DNA of 63,837 nucleotides, filler included, from Octopus bimaculoides (taxonomy: Eukaryota): the NCBI RefSeq assembly GCF_001194135.2. It is 5 parts of 5 records of this genome, joined end to end, with 100 filler letters (N's around TTAATTAATTAA, not from the genome) between each part and the next. Parts side by side here need not be neighbours in the genome. Positions count along the whole stretch, not along the records: positions 1 to 17,426 come from NC_068989.1; 4 more parts are not named here. One strand, given 5' to 3'. The notes under the pieces are model-generated. The model was not told the origin of the DNA, did no database searches, and saw only the letters and a program-made list of their open reading frames with translations. The position numbers and the translations under genes are program-made. Numbering within the stretch: position 1 is the stretch's first letter; every line of letters starts with the position of its first letter. Below are positions 1 through 13,784 of the stretch, piece after piece.

Positions 1-62
1 AACGCCCGGTCTGAGAATCGAAACCGCGAGTCCACTGCCCTAACCACTGGACCATTGCGCCT
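1..62 (-). mobile_element. tRNA-derived head of SINE family D (partial)
   Basis: Matches the head of the full copy at 9118-9508 (aacgcccgg...cctaaccactggaccattgcgcct). Confidence 0.75.
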
Positions 63-71
63 GCACACACA

Positions 72-123
<52 letters not shown>

Positions 124-455
124 GACAAACATGTACGTATGTATGTATGTATGTATGTATGTATGTATGTATGTACGTACGTACGTACGTATGTGTGCGT
201 ATGTTTGATTGGTTTGTTTGTGTTTGCGTGTCTGTTCCCGTATTCGTACCAATTATCTTCCACATTTCCAGTTTTTATATCTTTTATAAACATCTAATCA
301 ACCAATTATATGAACTAACTTCCTAATATTTAAGCCCTAGGCATGTTTCAATCATGCTATTTGCAAACACGTTTAGCAATATCTCGATTACATTTTGTGA
401 ACATTAAAAGTAAAATAGCAATTTACTGGAACCCTGCCTGCCTGCCTGCCTGCCA

Positions 456-527
<72 letters not shown>

Positions 528-582
528 CTGCAATTTTCTCTATATACACACACATATACATATGCATATATGCGTGTGTGTA
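63..582. repeat. Microsatellite cluster (CA)n, (TATG)n, (CTGT)n, (CTAT)n; representative of dozens of such tracts across the window
   Basis: Seen directly; source of the spurious HT/VC/YI ORFs. Confidence 0.97.
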
Positions 583-1086
583 TGCTTTTAAACAAGGCTC
601 GAAAATCTCCGTTTTTCGGAGCCCACAAGATGGCGACACAGCCGGAAGTCGACAGCCGATAGCAAAGAGAGATAATCCCTAATGGGTTACCATAAGAGGT
701 CATGGGCCAACAAGTTTTGGGGATCTGACGATACGCCATAAAGCTAAACACTTTATGGACGAGAAACCTGGAGTAATCCCCAAAACCGACCTTCTCATTT
801 TTAATATATACTGCTCTACATCTTAGAAAGTGTTTCCTCTTCCGGACTTATACTGTTTTTTTACAAATAAGGACACAAACGCATGCGCACATAAGGATAC
901 ACATCTTTAGGCAAAGAATGCATTTGAACGCCCTGTATAAACCTGTAATTATCTCAGGCAATCAATTGAAATGAAATATTACTTAGATATGACTGAACGT
1001 GAATTGAGGTGACGGTTTTGTTACCACGACGTGACTTCAGTTACACTAGTAAGAGGTCTATGGCTGTAAATATTTATATCTGCAGT

Positions 1087-1301
1087 AGGACAGCGAACTG
1101 GCAAAATCGTTAGCACGCCGCACAAAATGCTTAGCGGCATTTCGTCCGTCTTTACGTTCTGATTACAAATTGCACCGAGGTCTATTTTGCCTTTCATCCT
1201 TTCGGGGTCGATTAAATAAATACTAGTCGAGCACTGGGGTCAATGTAAACGACTTATCCCGCCCCCAAAATTGCTGGCCTTGTGCCAAAATTTGAAACCA
1301 A
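1087..1301 (+). mobile_element. SINE family A (tRNA-like head, MetaSINE-like central domain)
   Basis: gcgaactggcaaaatcgttagcacgccg head; gcctttcatcctttcggggtcgat core; ggccttgtgcc tail; many copies in the window. Confidence 0.85.
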
Positions 1302-1368
1302 ACTCGTAGCTACATTAACTTAAGTATGTATGGTAACACAAGTATTAATGTCTGTCCGTCCGTCTGCT

Positions 1369-1404
<36 letters not shown>

Positions 1405-1529
1405 AGTCAGTCTGTCTGACTGTCGGTATATATAGATTTAAATGTATAAAATTAAGTACAGAAAATATTTTATTGCAATAAATTTTCCCCTTATTTTCAA
1501 ATTATTTGAATGATTTATTATGCCATTAG

Positions 1530-1584
<55 letters not shown>

Positions 1585-2472
1585 TGTTAATGTGTATGTG
1601 TGTGTGTGTATGTATGATTTCTAAATTGGATCTAGGGGTGTTCTGTTAAATATCTTTAAAAACAATTATCGTTGTTTTTTTTTGTTTTTAAATTTAGGAA
1701 GTAACATAATTTAATTACAGCTATAATTACAATCCTGATTAAACTACGCAAAATAACGAAAAAAAAAAATAGTGTATAAATTAACAGAAGTTTTAAAAAA
1801 TCTTTTTATGAAAAATCACGCGTCCTGTGTGAAGTACGCCTCTAAAACATGTTACAGCAAACCAAACTTCGTAGTTGGCTATTCTTTAAAAACTACAGTT
1901 AAATCATGATTTAAACTAATATTCTTTTCTCCTTTCTGATGCTCCATTTTCTCACTCCGCCTCTTGGGTTTTCTTATAATTCCTTTTAATTATATCTTCT
2001 CGTAAGCCCCTGGTGGCATAATTTTTTGCTGTCGTTGATTTAATCTTTTTTTTTCCACTTTCTTACACCTACAGAATTTTGGTGTTGAATATAAAACGAC
2101 ACAATTCTTTTCTAATATCTCTGAAAAGTTTGTCAAGAAGTAAACAAGTGTGCAAACACATTCATATATGTATATGTATATACATGTGTTCATACACACA
2201 CACACAAACGCACACACACACACATACACACATAAACCCACATGTGCTAAAAAAAATACGCACATGCGCACATACACATATACACGCAATGTTCGTGTGC
2301 TTAATTAAGGTGTAGTGTATATTCGGAAAGTATATACGTAAATGTAAAAAGCGATAGAAATCTCGGATATATGTGCTATTATATGATTCAAAGTACATAT
2401 ATACGTGTGTGCGTGTGTGTATCAGCGTGTGTATATATTCCTATATATGCAGATACATGCATCAGGGTATAA

Positions 2473-2504
<32 letters not shown>

Positions 2505-2693
2505 GACACATACACAATATATATATATCAATCTACTATTCAGACATGTCTCCGATTTTATTTACTCAATTACTGGAAAAGTGGAACTTTAAGCTTTACT
2601 TTGTCATTGCTCGGAATTTCGTACTAAATGATGAACCTCATAGGAAACCGAGATTAGAGTGGATAAACTGAAATCTCAAGTCTCACTATACTG

Positions 2694-2740
<47 letters not shown>

Positions 2741-2943
2741 TGTATATATGTATATCTAGATTATATATATATGTATTATATATAATGTATATTTAATATG
2801 CATATAATATATATATTCTATCAGTTTTTTTTTGTATACGATCCCTTTTGGCAGAAAATTTATTTTCTCCTCATTTTTTTCTATTTTCGAAAGGAAAAGC
2901 TCTACATTGTATTTTGTCCCCTCTGTGTAAGCTACCTACCTAC

Positions 2944-2986
<43 letters not shown>

Positions 2987-3637
2987 CCTATCTATCTATC
3001 TCTCTATCTATCTATCTATCTATATGAATGAATAAAAATCGATATCTAGTAAAAGATAACGCAATGCTAATTTGCAAACCGATTTATACGTTTTATTGCT
3101 ATCTGAGTATTCATTTTTCGCCTTTCAGTTCACAAATAAGTTTTCTATAATAAGTCTCTTGAGGTAATGTCGGATGAAATTTATTTCATTTTCATATATT
3201 AATTCTTACTAAGGGATAAAAGTATACCGTTTTTTGTAGGTATTTTGGTTTATAATTTGTTTGTTTGCAGTGTTTTCGTGTCTATGTGTGTTACTAAAAA
3301 GTTTGACATTATGCGTATGCATGTACGTAGTTATTATCTATCAGTCTATCTCTCTATTGTATGTTTGTCTGTTTGGCCGCAATCATATATTTTGTTGATG
3401 CTTATATAATTTATAAGATGCTCTCCATTGCTTGTTGTAGCTCTGAATTTGTCTATCTGCCCGATGAAATATATGTCTGTGTGTCAGCTAAAATAGCTTC
3501 GATGACAGTGAATTTGTTGCCATTTCTTTAAAATAAACAATTGAAGATGGAATAATAGACCTTATCCGCACTTATTTGAAGAGCCAAATTATGGCAAAAC
3601 TAATAATAATGAAGACTAAATCCTTAGCCATATTGAT

Positions 3638-3682
<45 letters not shown>

Positions 3683-4540
3683 NNNNNNNNNNNNNNNNNN
3701 NNNNNNNNNNNNNNNNNNNNNNNNNNNNNNNNNNNNNNNNNNNNNNNNNNNNNNNNNNNNNNNNNNNNNNNNNNNNNNNNNNNNNNNNNNNNNNNNNNNN
3801 NNNNNNNNNNNNNNNNNNNNNNNNNNNNNNNNNNNNNNNNNNNNNNNNNNNNNNNNNNNNNNNNNNNNNNNNNNNNNNNNNNNNNNNNNNNNNNNNNNNN
3901 NNNNNNNNNNNNNNNNNNNNNNNNNNNNNNNNNNNNNNNNNNNNNNNNNNNNNNNNNNNNNNNNNNNNNNNNNNNNNNNNNNNNNNNNNNNNNNNNNNNN
4001 NNNNNNNNNNNNNNNNNNNNNNNNNNNNNNNNNNNNNNNNNNNNNNNNNNNNNNNNNNNNNNNNNNNNNNNNNNNNNNNNNNNNNNNNNNNNNNNNNNNN
4101 NNNNNNNNNNNNNNNNNNNNNNNNNNNNNNNNNNNNNNNNNNNNNNNNNNNNNNNNNNNNNNNNNNNNNNNNNNNNNNNNNNNNNNNNNNNNNNNNNNNN
4201 NNNNNNNNNNNNNNNNNNNNNNNNNNNNNNNNNNNNNNNNNNNNNNNNNNNNNNNNNNNNNNNNNNNNNNNNNNNNNNNNNNNNNNNNNNNNNNNNNNNN
4301 NNNNNNNNNNNNNNNNNNNNNNNNNNNNNNNNNNNNNNNNNNNNNNNNNNNNNNNNNNNNNNNNNNNNNNNNNNNNNNNNNNNNNNNNNNNNNNNNNNNN
4401 NNNNNNNNNNNNNNNNNNNNNNNNNNNNNNNNNNNNNNNNNNNNNNNNNNNNNNNNNNNNNNNNNNNNNNNNNNNNNNNNNNNNNNNNNNNNNNNNNNNN
4501 NNNNNNNNNNNNNNNNNNNNNNNNNNNNNNNNNNNNNNNN

Positions 4541-4579
<39 letters not shown>

Positions 4580-4741
4580 TACACATACATACACACTATA
4601 TATATATACATACATAGAGTAACTTCTATGCTGAAGTTGAGACAATATGTTCTTTGTCTATCTCCCTAACTTCTTGGAGATTTTAGGTATAATTATACTA
4701 ATGAGTCACTCTCTTGTAATTTAATTAAATTCTATGTCTTT

Positions 4742-4832
4742 GTGCAGCTGAGGACTGCGCTCTGCATTTTAAATTGATGTAATGATTGCATTGTTCAATT
4801 AAATGGAGCTGCATGAAACGATCGTACTGCAT
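4742..4832 (+). ncRNA. Type-I hammerhead ribozyme motif with long stem II
   Basis: Stem I tgcag/ctgca; CTGAGGA core at 4748-4754; ~60-nt imperfect hairpin stem II; GAAAC-GATC-GTA (palindromic stem III ACGATCGT). C-U mismatch at 10.1/11.1. Confidence 0.6.
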
Positions 4833-4870
4833 TACCCCTGGATATCCTTGTTGCTTATTTTGATATACAT

Positions 4871-4977
<107 letters not shown>

Positions 4978-5136
4978 AATATATAAAAAGATAAAGGGAG
5001 CAATGGTAAAGTTGGAAATATATTTTATGGATACCTGTTCATACAACGACTGGGGCAAAACTAGTCGGTACACAGCACTTACTCGGTATTACCTGTATCT
5101 TTTTGGGTTTGGTTAAATCCAATACCCTCCTCAACC

Positions 5137-5198
5137 TTATATATATATATATATACATATATACATATATATATATACATACATATATATATACATAC

Positions 5199-5257
<59 letters not shown>

Positions 5258-5414
5258 CATACATACATATATATACATATATATACATATATATATATAT
5301 ACATATATACATATATATATACATACATATATACATATATATATACATATGTACATATATATATACATATATACATATATATACATATGTACATATATAT
5401 ATATACATATATAT

Positions 5415-5445
<31 letters not shown>

Positions 5446-5447
5446 GA
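5137..5447. repeat. Degenerate (TA)/(TACA) low-complexity tract
   Basis: Seen directly. Confidence 0.95.
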
Positions 5448-6173
5448 CTTACACATATAGAAATATTATAAAAGTGATATAGTAAACTAATAAATTTTAA
5501 TATTTGAATACTTTTAATATAACACAGTTATGAGAATGATCAAGTGCCTATTGAAGAATCGTTGTCATAACAGCTACAAATTAGACGTAATTGATATTGA
5601 TTCACTGGAAATATAAATAATATTAATCAAATATGGAATGCAATGCAGACTGCATCTGATCGTATGCGGTATTTTTTAAACTCTAGACATATTTCGGACT
5701 TGAATTATTACAGTGATAGCTAAAAATAACCAGGGGTGTCTGCTGCATGAAAATGCAATAGTCAAGGTCACTATCATACCGGATTTACTAAATTATACTT
5801 TATGAAAATTGCGCTTACAGTGGTATGAGCAAATCATTTCTGAATATATAATACTGTAAAAATTAGGGGGAGATAATTCAGATATCTTAGTTACCATTAA
5901 TAAAATATGGAATATAGGGAAGAGTGTTAGTCTAACGTTTAGTGGTACGGTGATAACCGAGTATCTTTCGGGATTATTTGATTTCTTCGATCAGGTATAC
6001 TTAAGGTCTTACTGCTGCATATCTTAGATTGTTATAGAAGAGAAGTATATGGAATTTTTGTGAATGGAATTGTAATGAATGACTTGAAATAAAAAATACC
6101 CAGTACTGCATGAAAAAGGTATTGTAAATTGGGATATGACATAATTCATGTGATAAGCCGAGAAATTATGAAC

Positions 6174-6226
<53 letters not shown>

Positions 6227-6231
<5 letters not shown>

Positions 6232-7655
6232 GTTGGAAAGAAATTCCTGTCGCATTTCATGTTGGAAGAGAAATAAATTTCTAGTCTTGATATATTTAAG
6301 CAAAACAATCCAATCGATTTGGCATAGAATTGATTCCTCGATCTAAAGTTCTTCAGGTTTAGAAGCAAAAGAACAAAACAAAAAAACCACAAAGACAAAA
6401 CCAAAGTACAACAAAAGCTAAAATAATAAGAAAAACTCTACTCAATATTATTTTCAGTCTTTTCATAACTGATAAACCATCTTCCTTCTAAATAATGTTG
6501 CAATGATCTGAAAAGATGACAGGTAGATTGAACATGGTCTGCAGAGTAAGGGTGATGAGGCAAAACTTCCATATTTAGTGCCATAATCTATTCCTTAGTT
6601 ACTTGGGCACTATATGGTATTGATTTATTGTGTAAAAGCAACACCCGTATACGAATGATGGACGCTTCTTTTGCAAATTTTGTGCAATGCTTCTAGTTGA
6701 CGACAATACTCCTGTGCATTAACTGCTTCCTTTTGGTTTAACACTCCATGACAGACGACACCCTTCGAAGGCGGCGAACTGGCAAAAATGTTAGAACGCC
6801 GGGCGAAATGCTTACTAGTATTTCGTCTGTCTTTACGTTCTGAGTTCAAATTCCGCCGAGGTCAACTTTGCCTTTCATTCTTTCGAGGTCGATAAATTAA
6901 GTACCAGTTGCGTACTGGGGTCGATCTAATTGACTTAACCCCCTCCCCCAAATTTCGGGCCTTGTGCCTAGAGTAGAAAAGGATAAATGACACCCTTCGC
7001 ATCCCAACAGACACCCGACTTGGTTTGCAGTGGATTATCCTTTTGTATCGGGTGTTAGCCGCTGTCGTTTTAGTTGGATATAGTTGTACAGATTCTACAT
7101 TTCTTTGTTTGTGATGATTCTACTCAGAAAAGGGTTCTATAGCAAATCTACTCTTCAATGTCGGATAGAGTGCAACGCTTTGATTAGGCTGAGAAGCAGT
7201 CAGATGAGGAGGAACCCACGAACAAAGTTATGAATTCATAAAGATGTTTTATGATCGAAGTTTGACTTGAATTGTTTTGTCAATTCTCGTGTAGCTTCCG
7301 TTGGATTTTCCTCAGTTATGACTTTCAGAAGCTCAATATTGGCAGAACATGGTTGTTCAAATCGAGGGGAGTCTCTGAGAGAAAAAATTCCCGAGCTAAA
7401 GTAGCTCAGTCATCGTTGGTATGTCCGGATGTTTAAGGCTTCATTTCCATTGACAGAACGAATATTTCCTGCCGCTTCCATTTCTGAAGATCCACTTTTG
7501 AATTGATACAACATGCAGTGCCTAATATGGAGCTGATCTAAATTCATTTTAAAGTGTCAAATTCTGTTTTCTTTTATCTCAAGCATTGAATAAATACCCT
7601 GAAATTAGTCATGTGAAAAATGTGTAGGACATTTTTCCTACATAATGTATATGTA
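6227..7655 (-). mobile_element. Degenerate mariner (Tc1/mariner) transposon interrupted by a SINE
   Basis: Minus-strand remnants HIRHCMLYQF...NIRSV, PFLSRIIT, HPYSADH..CHLFRSLQHYL with many stops; TA-ttaggttggaaagaaattcc end near 6227 and a degenerate inverted end at ~7620-7655. Confidence 0.8.
6768..6988 (+). mobile_element. SINE family A, full length, with 11-bp TSD
   Basis: TSD gacacccttcg at 6757-6767 and 6989-6999. Confidence 0.92.
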
Positions 7656-8337
7656 TATATACATATATGTTTTTTTAAGAAATTGATTATGATCTTATAC
7701 ATTTACTCTACGTAACGTATTGAGTACCGTTTTAATTTTATGCTGTTCATACAACTTTTGGCAGTTGTATTATTATACCATAATCTTTTCCACATTAAAT
7801 ATCACTTTACTATCTTTAGTTATCAATATAAAATCGTCGGGCCTTATATAATCATATAAAGAATATTTTCTACATTTTAGTATTACTCATGAGAAAGTAA
7901 AAGACGGATCGCACATTAGTAGTCACAAAATATGTTCTCACAGGTATGCAGAACAGGAAGATAACAATCCCCCTTAGCATCCAATTAGAGCACAGCATCA
8001 TATTCAAACTTTTAAATTTTCTTTCTAACACCTTTGCAAACAAAATGTTTTCTTTTGTCCATACTTTTTTTTTCGGTTTTTAGCTTTTTGGGTGCTTTTT
8101 CTAGAGATGTTTTCATAAAAGTTTATCGTCAGAAACTATATATGCTGGTCGTACACTAATCTTCACAACCAATCTAAGATCGGAGACATGAATCTTGGAA
8201 TAATGGTTAGTGAAGTTTTCAGCTTCTACTACATATGATGAAAATCTACCACTCGTCTTGACTACAACATTTATTCCTTGTTCACAGAATTCTTTGTGTC
8301 ATAGCCTCCCCCACATATACAGACACACACAAATGTA

Positions 8338-8438
<101 letters not shown>

Positions 8439-9117
8439 GTTAAGCTTTTAGCATCAGTTGAAGACATTTCAACGACAACTGAGATCATTTCCACGAAGGA
8501 AATTATTTTCTAACTTCTTGAATTCATAATTTTAAATCCTTCTATATTATACAGTCAGCCTTTACACACAATCCATTAATTAGAACTCTGGTATGAATTG
8601 AAATGCAAGGCAATATATAAGATGATTGAAAATCTCTGTTTCCTAGGTATGCATTAAGGGAATTCCCAGACCAACAGAATTCAATGCAACAAACTAAAGA
8701 ACCACTTGTCAATTTTATAGTGCTGCCGCTGTCTGCTGTAATTTTTTTTAATAAATTTCATGGGACATACACATAAGATCGAATACAACCGAGTTATTAT
8801 CCACTAGGAAACCATATCCAAGAAGCACATCACCGTCACACAAAGAACTAAAGGTATTCTATCAACTTGGGACAGAGAGTGATCCGAGTAAAAATCACAA
8901 ATATACCACTTGAACTAGACGTCTGCAATAATCACATCAAAGCTTTCTACTTCGACACAAACAAAATATGACAGCTAAAATAAGACCCCCCACCACCACC
9001 AACACTACAATATCAGAGCCACTACCAAAAAACACCAACCACAACACATAGAGCAGCAACATATACGACATAACATGCAACCATACCAACAATAATTGCA
9101 GCATCAGCTACAAGACT

Positions 9118-9508
9118 TTGTTGTTGTTGTTGACACTCTGTCGCTTACGACGTCGAGGGTTCCAGTTGATCCGATCAGCGGAACAGCCTGCTCGTGAAAT
9201 TAACGTGCAAGTGGCTGAGCACTCCACAGACACGTGTACCCTTAACGTAGTTCTTGGGGAGATTCAGCGTGACACAGTGTGACAAGGCTGACCCTTTGAA
9301 TTACAGGCACAAGAGAAACAAGAAGTAAGAGTGAAAGAAAGTTGTGGTGAAAGAGTACAGCAGGGTTCGCTACCATCCCCTGCTGGAGCCTCGTGGAGCT
9401 TTAGGTGTTTTCGCTCCGTAAACACTCAGAACGCCCGGTTTGGGAATCGAAACTGCGATCTTAAGACCGCGAGTCCGCTGTCCTAACCACTAGGCCATTG
9501 CGCCTCCA
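9118..9508 (-). mobile_element. SINE family D (tRNA-derived, (CAA)n tail) with 13-bp TSD
   Basis: Minus-strand head ggcgcaatggcctagtggttagg (A box) and gtttcgattccc (B box); TSD cagctacaagact at 9105-9117 and 9509-9521. Confidence 0.9.
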
Positions 9509-10006
9509 CAGCTACAAGACTAGAAGCAGCATATACAGCACAACAGCTGTATAAGCTCTCTTACTATCACGAGGCCAGGTGATAGTAAAAGTTACTTTTA
9601 TCATGTCTAGCAGGCTAGAAATGATGGTGAAGGCAGTATCTATTTCGCCATTCTTAATATTTTTCATGGACCTTTAAACAAGAGTGTATTTCCATTTTTT
9701 AACGAATAAAAGTACCCCTATATTCTTTCCTTCCCCTTTCTATGCATTTTATCCTGCTAAGCACTCTTCTTCATACATTTTCGAAGCCGTTTTCGAAATT
9801 TTATGATATTTTAAAATAAGTTATTAACAATTTTCAAGCTGTTACTTCTCTTAAAGGGCCAGGAAGAACAGAATAACCCCTTGCAGAGACTTCCGAAAGA
9901 ACCTGCGCAGTTAAAAAGATAAAACAAGCAACCTCGTAACGGCTAAACTAACCGGAATTGCTTTTCAGCGTAGCGAGTGGAAAAAATACGCGAGGTACAG
10001 TTTAGC

Positions 10007-10047
<41 letters not shown>

Positions 10048-10062
10048 TAATAACAACAACAA

Positions 10063-10094
<32 letters not shown>

Positions 10095-10526
10095 TCTTTA
10101 ATCTTAATAATGACATGTTTTACAATAGTTTATCATTTCTACGAGAGATTATTAAATAAAGAATGATATTGAGTCATTACATACGGCTAGATAATGTACT
10201 ATTTTAACACTGCATCATTTCATTGTCAGCTAGGGCGAAAGTGGAACAATCCCACCACTTCCTCGTTCGCACACATTTATAATTGCTTCAATGACAGTAA
10301 CTACATGAATAGATGAAGTTTAGAAGCTATTGACATTGTGCGTGTGCATAATGTGTGTATATGTGGTTGTATGTGTTTACACACTCACATATACATACAT
10401 ACAAGCATTTATTCATACATAGATACATAGATACATGTATACATACAAACATACATATATACATACATATATACATACACAAAAAACCCATAAAAACTTA
10501 CACACACAATTATCTATTAATATACA

Positions 10527-10598
<72 letters not shown>

Positions 10599-10747
10599 AG
10601 TATATGGTTGTATATATGTATGTGTGTGTCTCTGTATGTGCGCGTATATACTTTTCTATATATCCGAAAATAAACACGCTCACATACATACACATTTATT
10701 TATTTATGTGTTTCAGCCAAGTGGCTGCGGTCATGCTGGTGCACATG

Positions 10748-10792
<45 letters not shown>

Positions 10793-11414
10793 ATGTTCTC
10801 TTTCTCTCTACTCCCCGCTCTACTCACCCTCTGAGAGTTCCTCAAAGAGAGAACAATTCTCAAAATAACCACACTGATATTTTAATTCGTCTTCCAGCTA
10901 ATTAAATCATCAATATCGAACAACATCCTTTTGTTCCATAGAAAATTTAGAAAACGGCAGAGCAAACTAACACACAAATTCACACATGCACGCACACACA
11001 TACTCATAGACTCGCATACGTACACACGGCCTTATGTACTGACGCACTTTCACACTCGTATATCAGCACACACACAAGCTCACAACGTTGAAACCTGGTG
11101 GGACAATTAGAAAGAAACAATTAAAATTTATTATGAAATATTATTTTGTATTGTTATGAATGTGAATACGCATCAAATAGTGAATAGAGTACTGGGCCTT
11201 GGATCATCGGGTCGTGGGTTTGATTCGCAGACAAAGTGACAATTTTTATGTCCTTGTGGAAAGCATTTAATTTCACCTTCCTTCCTTCTCTTCTATCAGC
11301 AACCGTTAGGTTAGCCGAACGACGGACAGGCATTCCCATTAGAGGAAACTTTTTTTTAACTCTCAACGACTTGGCTGCCAGGGAAACCAGGATAACGTCC
11401 TTTACTTATTTGTA

Positions 11415-11845
11415 TACTCTTTTACTCTTTTACTTGTTTCAGTCATTTCACTGCGGCCATGCTGGAACACCACCTTTAGTCGAACAAATCGCCCCCGGAA
11501 CTTATTCTTTGTAAGCCTAGTACTTATTCTATCGGTCTCTTTTGCCGAACCGCTAGGTTACGGGGGACGTAATCACATCAGCATCGGTTGTCAAGCGATG
11601 TTGAGGGACAAACACAGACACACAAACACACACACACATATATACATATACATATATATATATATACATATACATATACATATATATACGACGGTCTTCT
11701 TTCAGTTTCGGTCTACCAAATCCAACCACAAGGCTTTGGTCGGCCCGAGGCTATAGTAGAAGACACTTGCCCAAAATGCCACGCAGTGGGACTGAACCCG
11801 GAACCATGTGGCTGGTAAGCAAGCTACTTACCACACAGCCACTCC
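11415..11845 (-). mobile_element. SINE family B (tRNA head ggagtggctgtgtggtaagtagcttgc, internal microsatellite)
   Basis: Near-identical copies at 33950, 34715, 49045, 50825 and 55338. Confidence 0.9.
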
Positions 11846-11924
11846 TATACATGTATAAAAATTAAAATTCAACATATAGTTCTGCAGGTCACACCGCAAG
11901 TTACCGGTAAAAATTGGTATTACA

Positions 11925-12144
11925 AAGTTGGCGAGGTGAGAGAATCGTTAGCACGCCGGACAAGATGCCTAATGGCATTCCGTCCGTCTCTACATTCTAA
12001 GTTCAATTTCTGCAGAGGTCGACTACGCCTTTCATCCCTTTCGGGGTCAATGGAAGGGGTAGCAGTTGAGCACTGTGGTCGATGTAACCGACTAACCCTG
12101 CTCTCCTGAAATTGCTGGCGTTGTATCAAATTTGAAATCATCAA

Positions 12145-12189
<45 letters not shown>

Positions 12190-12425
12190 CATTCTTTTTG
12201 TGCTGTAATTCGTCCTTTGATGTTGTCCTCCATGTCTTGGGCCCTTGTGGTCAATAAATATCATTATCATTATCATTATTATTATTATATTCTGCCGAGA
12301 TCGACTTTGCCTTTTATCTATTCGGGGTCGATAAATTAAGTACCAGTGAAACACTGGGGTCGATGTAATCAACTATTCCTCCCACACCAAATTCAGGCCT
12401 TGTGCCTTGAGTAGAAAGGATTATT
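11925..12425 (+). mobile_element. Two SINE family A copies with (ATT)n tails
   Basis: Head and Meta-like core motifs as at 6768. Confidence 0.8.
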
Positions 12426-12479
12426 ATTATTATTATTAAAATTATAATTATTATTATTATTATTATTATTCGCACAATA

Positions 12480-13030
12480 GTAGCATGAGTAGTTCTGGCT
12501 GATTCACTCGCAGAACATATCTTCAGATATTCAGCGCATATCTTAAAATTCTACGTATACTGAGGAGACAGCTTTCTGTAGCGCCACAAAGTTAATTGTT
12601 ATACTGGTCATAGAAAACCATTCAACGATAATTTCAGGCATTGTACCTAAGCGTTCTATTTTGACAGGAATTACCTTTACATTCCAACAGTTTCAAACCT
12701 TCTTTAATTCCCACTTTAGGTCCTAGAATTCATGTAACTTCCCATTCTCTTTATACATTACTCTAGTGTCTAATGGGAAGGCTACATCTACTATAATACA
12801 ATTTCTAGTTTCTTTTACTAGTATAACGATTCCTTGTATTGTGTGGATTTTCGTGTTGCATAAAATTCTTCTCTGATTTCCTACAACATTATTTGGTCCG
12901 TGTTCATTACCAATTTTCCGGATATTCTCTACTGTGTGATTTACACAATAGCCAAAATATAATGATGCAATTTTGCCATGTATCCAGCATTTGCATTCTT
13001 TTTGCGCCATAATCTTCCTCTCTGATACTA
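12480..13030 (-). pseudogene. Degenerate Dong/R4-type LINE fragment (RLE endonuclease region)
   Basis: MAQKECK..HGKIASL...IVILVKETRNCIIVDVAFPLDTRV..KE resembles the RLE region of the copy at 63351-63701. Confidence 0.7.
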
Positions 13031-13044
13031 AGTAGATTACGAGT

Positions 13045-13324
13045 TATGTAGAATCGTTAGCTCACTGGACAACATGCTTCTTTCATCTCTTCACGTTCTG
13101 AGTTCGAATTCCGCCGAGGTCGACGTTGCCTTTGATCCTTTCAGGGTCGATAAAATAGATACCACTTAAGTACTGGGGTTGATGTAATCGACTTAACCCA
13201 TCCCCCCCAAATTACACGCTAGTGTATGCTAATCTACTTAGCAGATACTTTATCTTGATGTTTGGTGACAACAAGTCTCCTCAAATACCAAGAATCCTCT
13301 CCTTCGGATTCTTGCAGATGATGA

Positions 13325-13355
<31 letters not shown>

Positions 13356-13705
13356 AAGAAGAAGAAGAAGAAGAAGAAGAAGAAGAAGAAGAAGAAGAAG
13401 AAGAAGAAGAAGAAGGCGAGCTGGCAGAATCGTTAGCACGCCAGGCAAAATGTTTAGCGATATTTCATCTGCCGCTACGTTCTGAGTTCAAATTCTGCCG
13501 AAGTAGACTTTGCCTTTCGTCCTTTCGGGGTCTATAAATTAAGTACCAGTTACGCACTGGGGTCAATGTCATCGACTTAATTCTTTCCCCCAAATTTGAA
13601 GCTTTGTGCTTCCACTAGTAAGAATTAATTAAGTGCTAGTTACGCACTAGGGTAATCGATTTAATCCCTTCCTCTAAATTTCAGGCCTTGTGCATTTAGT
13701 AGAAA
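13045..13705 (+). mobile_element. SINE family A copies separated by (GAA)n
   Basis: Two heads (13045, 13415), Meta-like cores, duplicated tail. Confidence 0.85.
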
Positions 13706-13734
13706 GCATAATAATAATAATAATAATAATAATG

Positions 13735-13772
<38 letters not shown>

Positions 13773-13784
13773 TATTATTATTAT

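Noticed and set aside
627-660. YY1 (CAAGATGGCG) plus ETS (CCGGAAGT) motifs suggesting a housekeeping TSS
   Set aside because: The ATG frame stops after 10 codons and no clear donor follows; such motifs also occur in non-autonomous DNA elements. Unresolved without copy-number data.
1990-2120. Candidate terminal exon on the minus strand after a ttttcag acceptor (DIRKELCRFIFNTKIL* or EILEKNCVV...AYEKI*)
   Set aside because: Two frames are equally plausible, no family was recognised and no partner exons were found.
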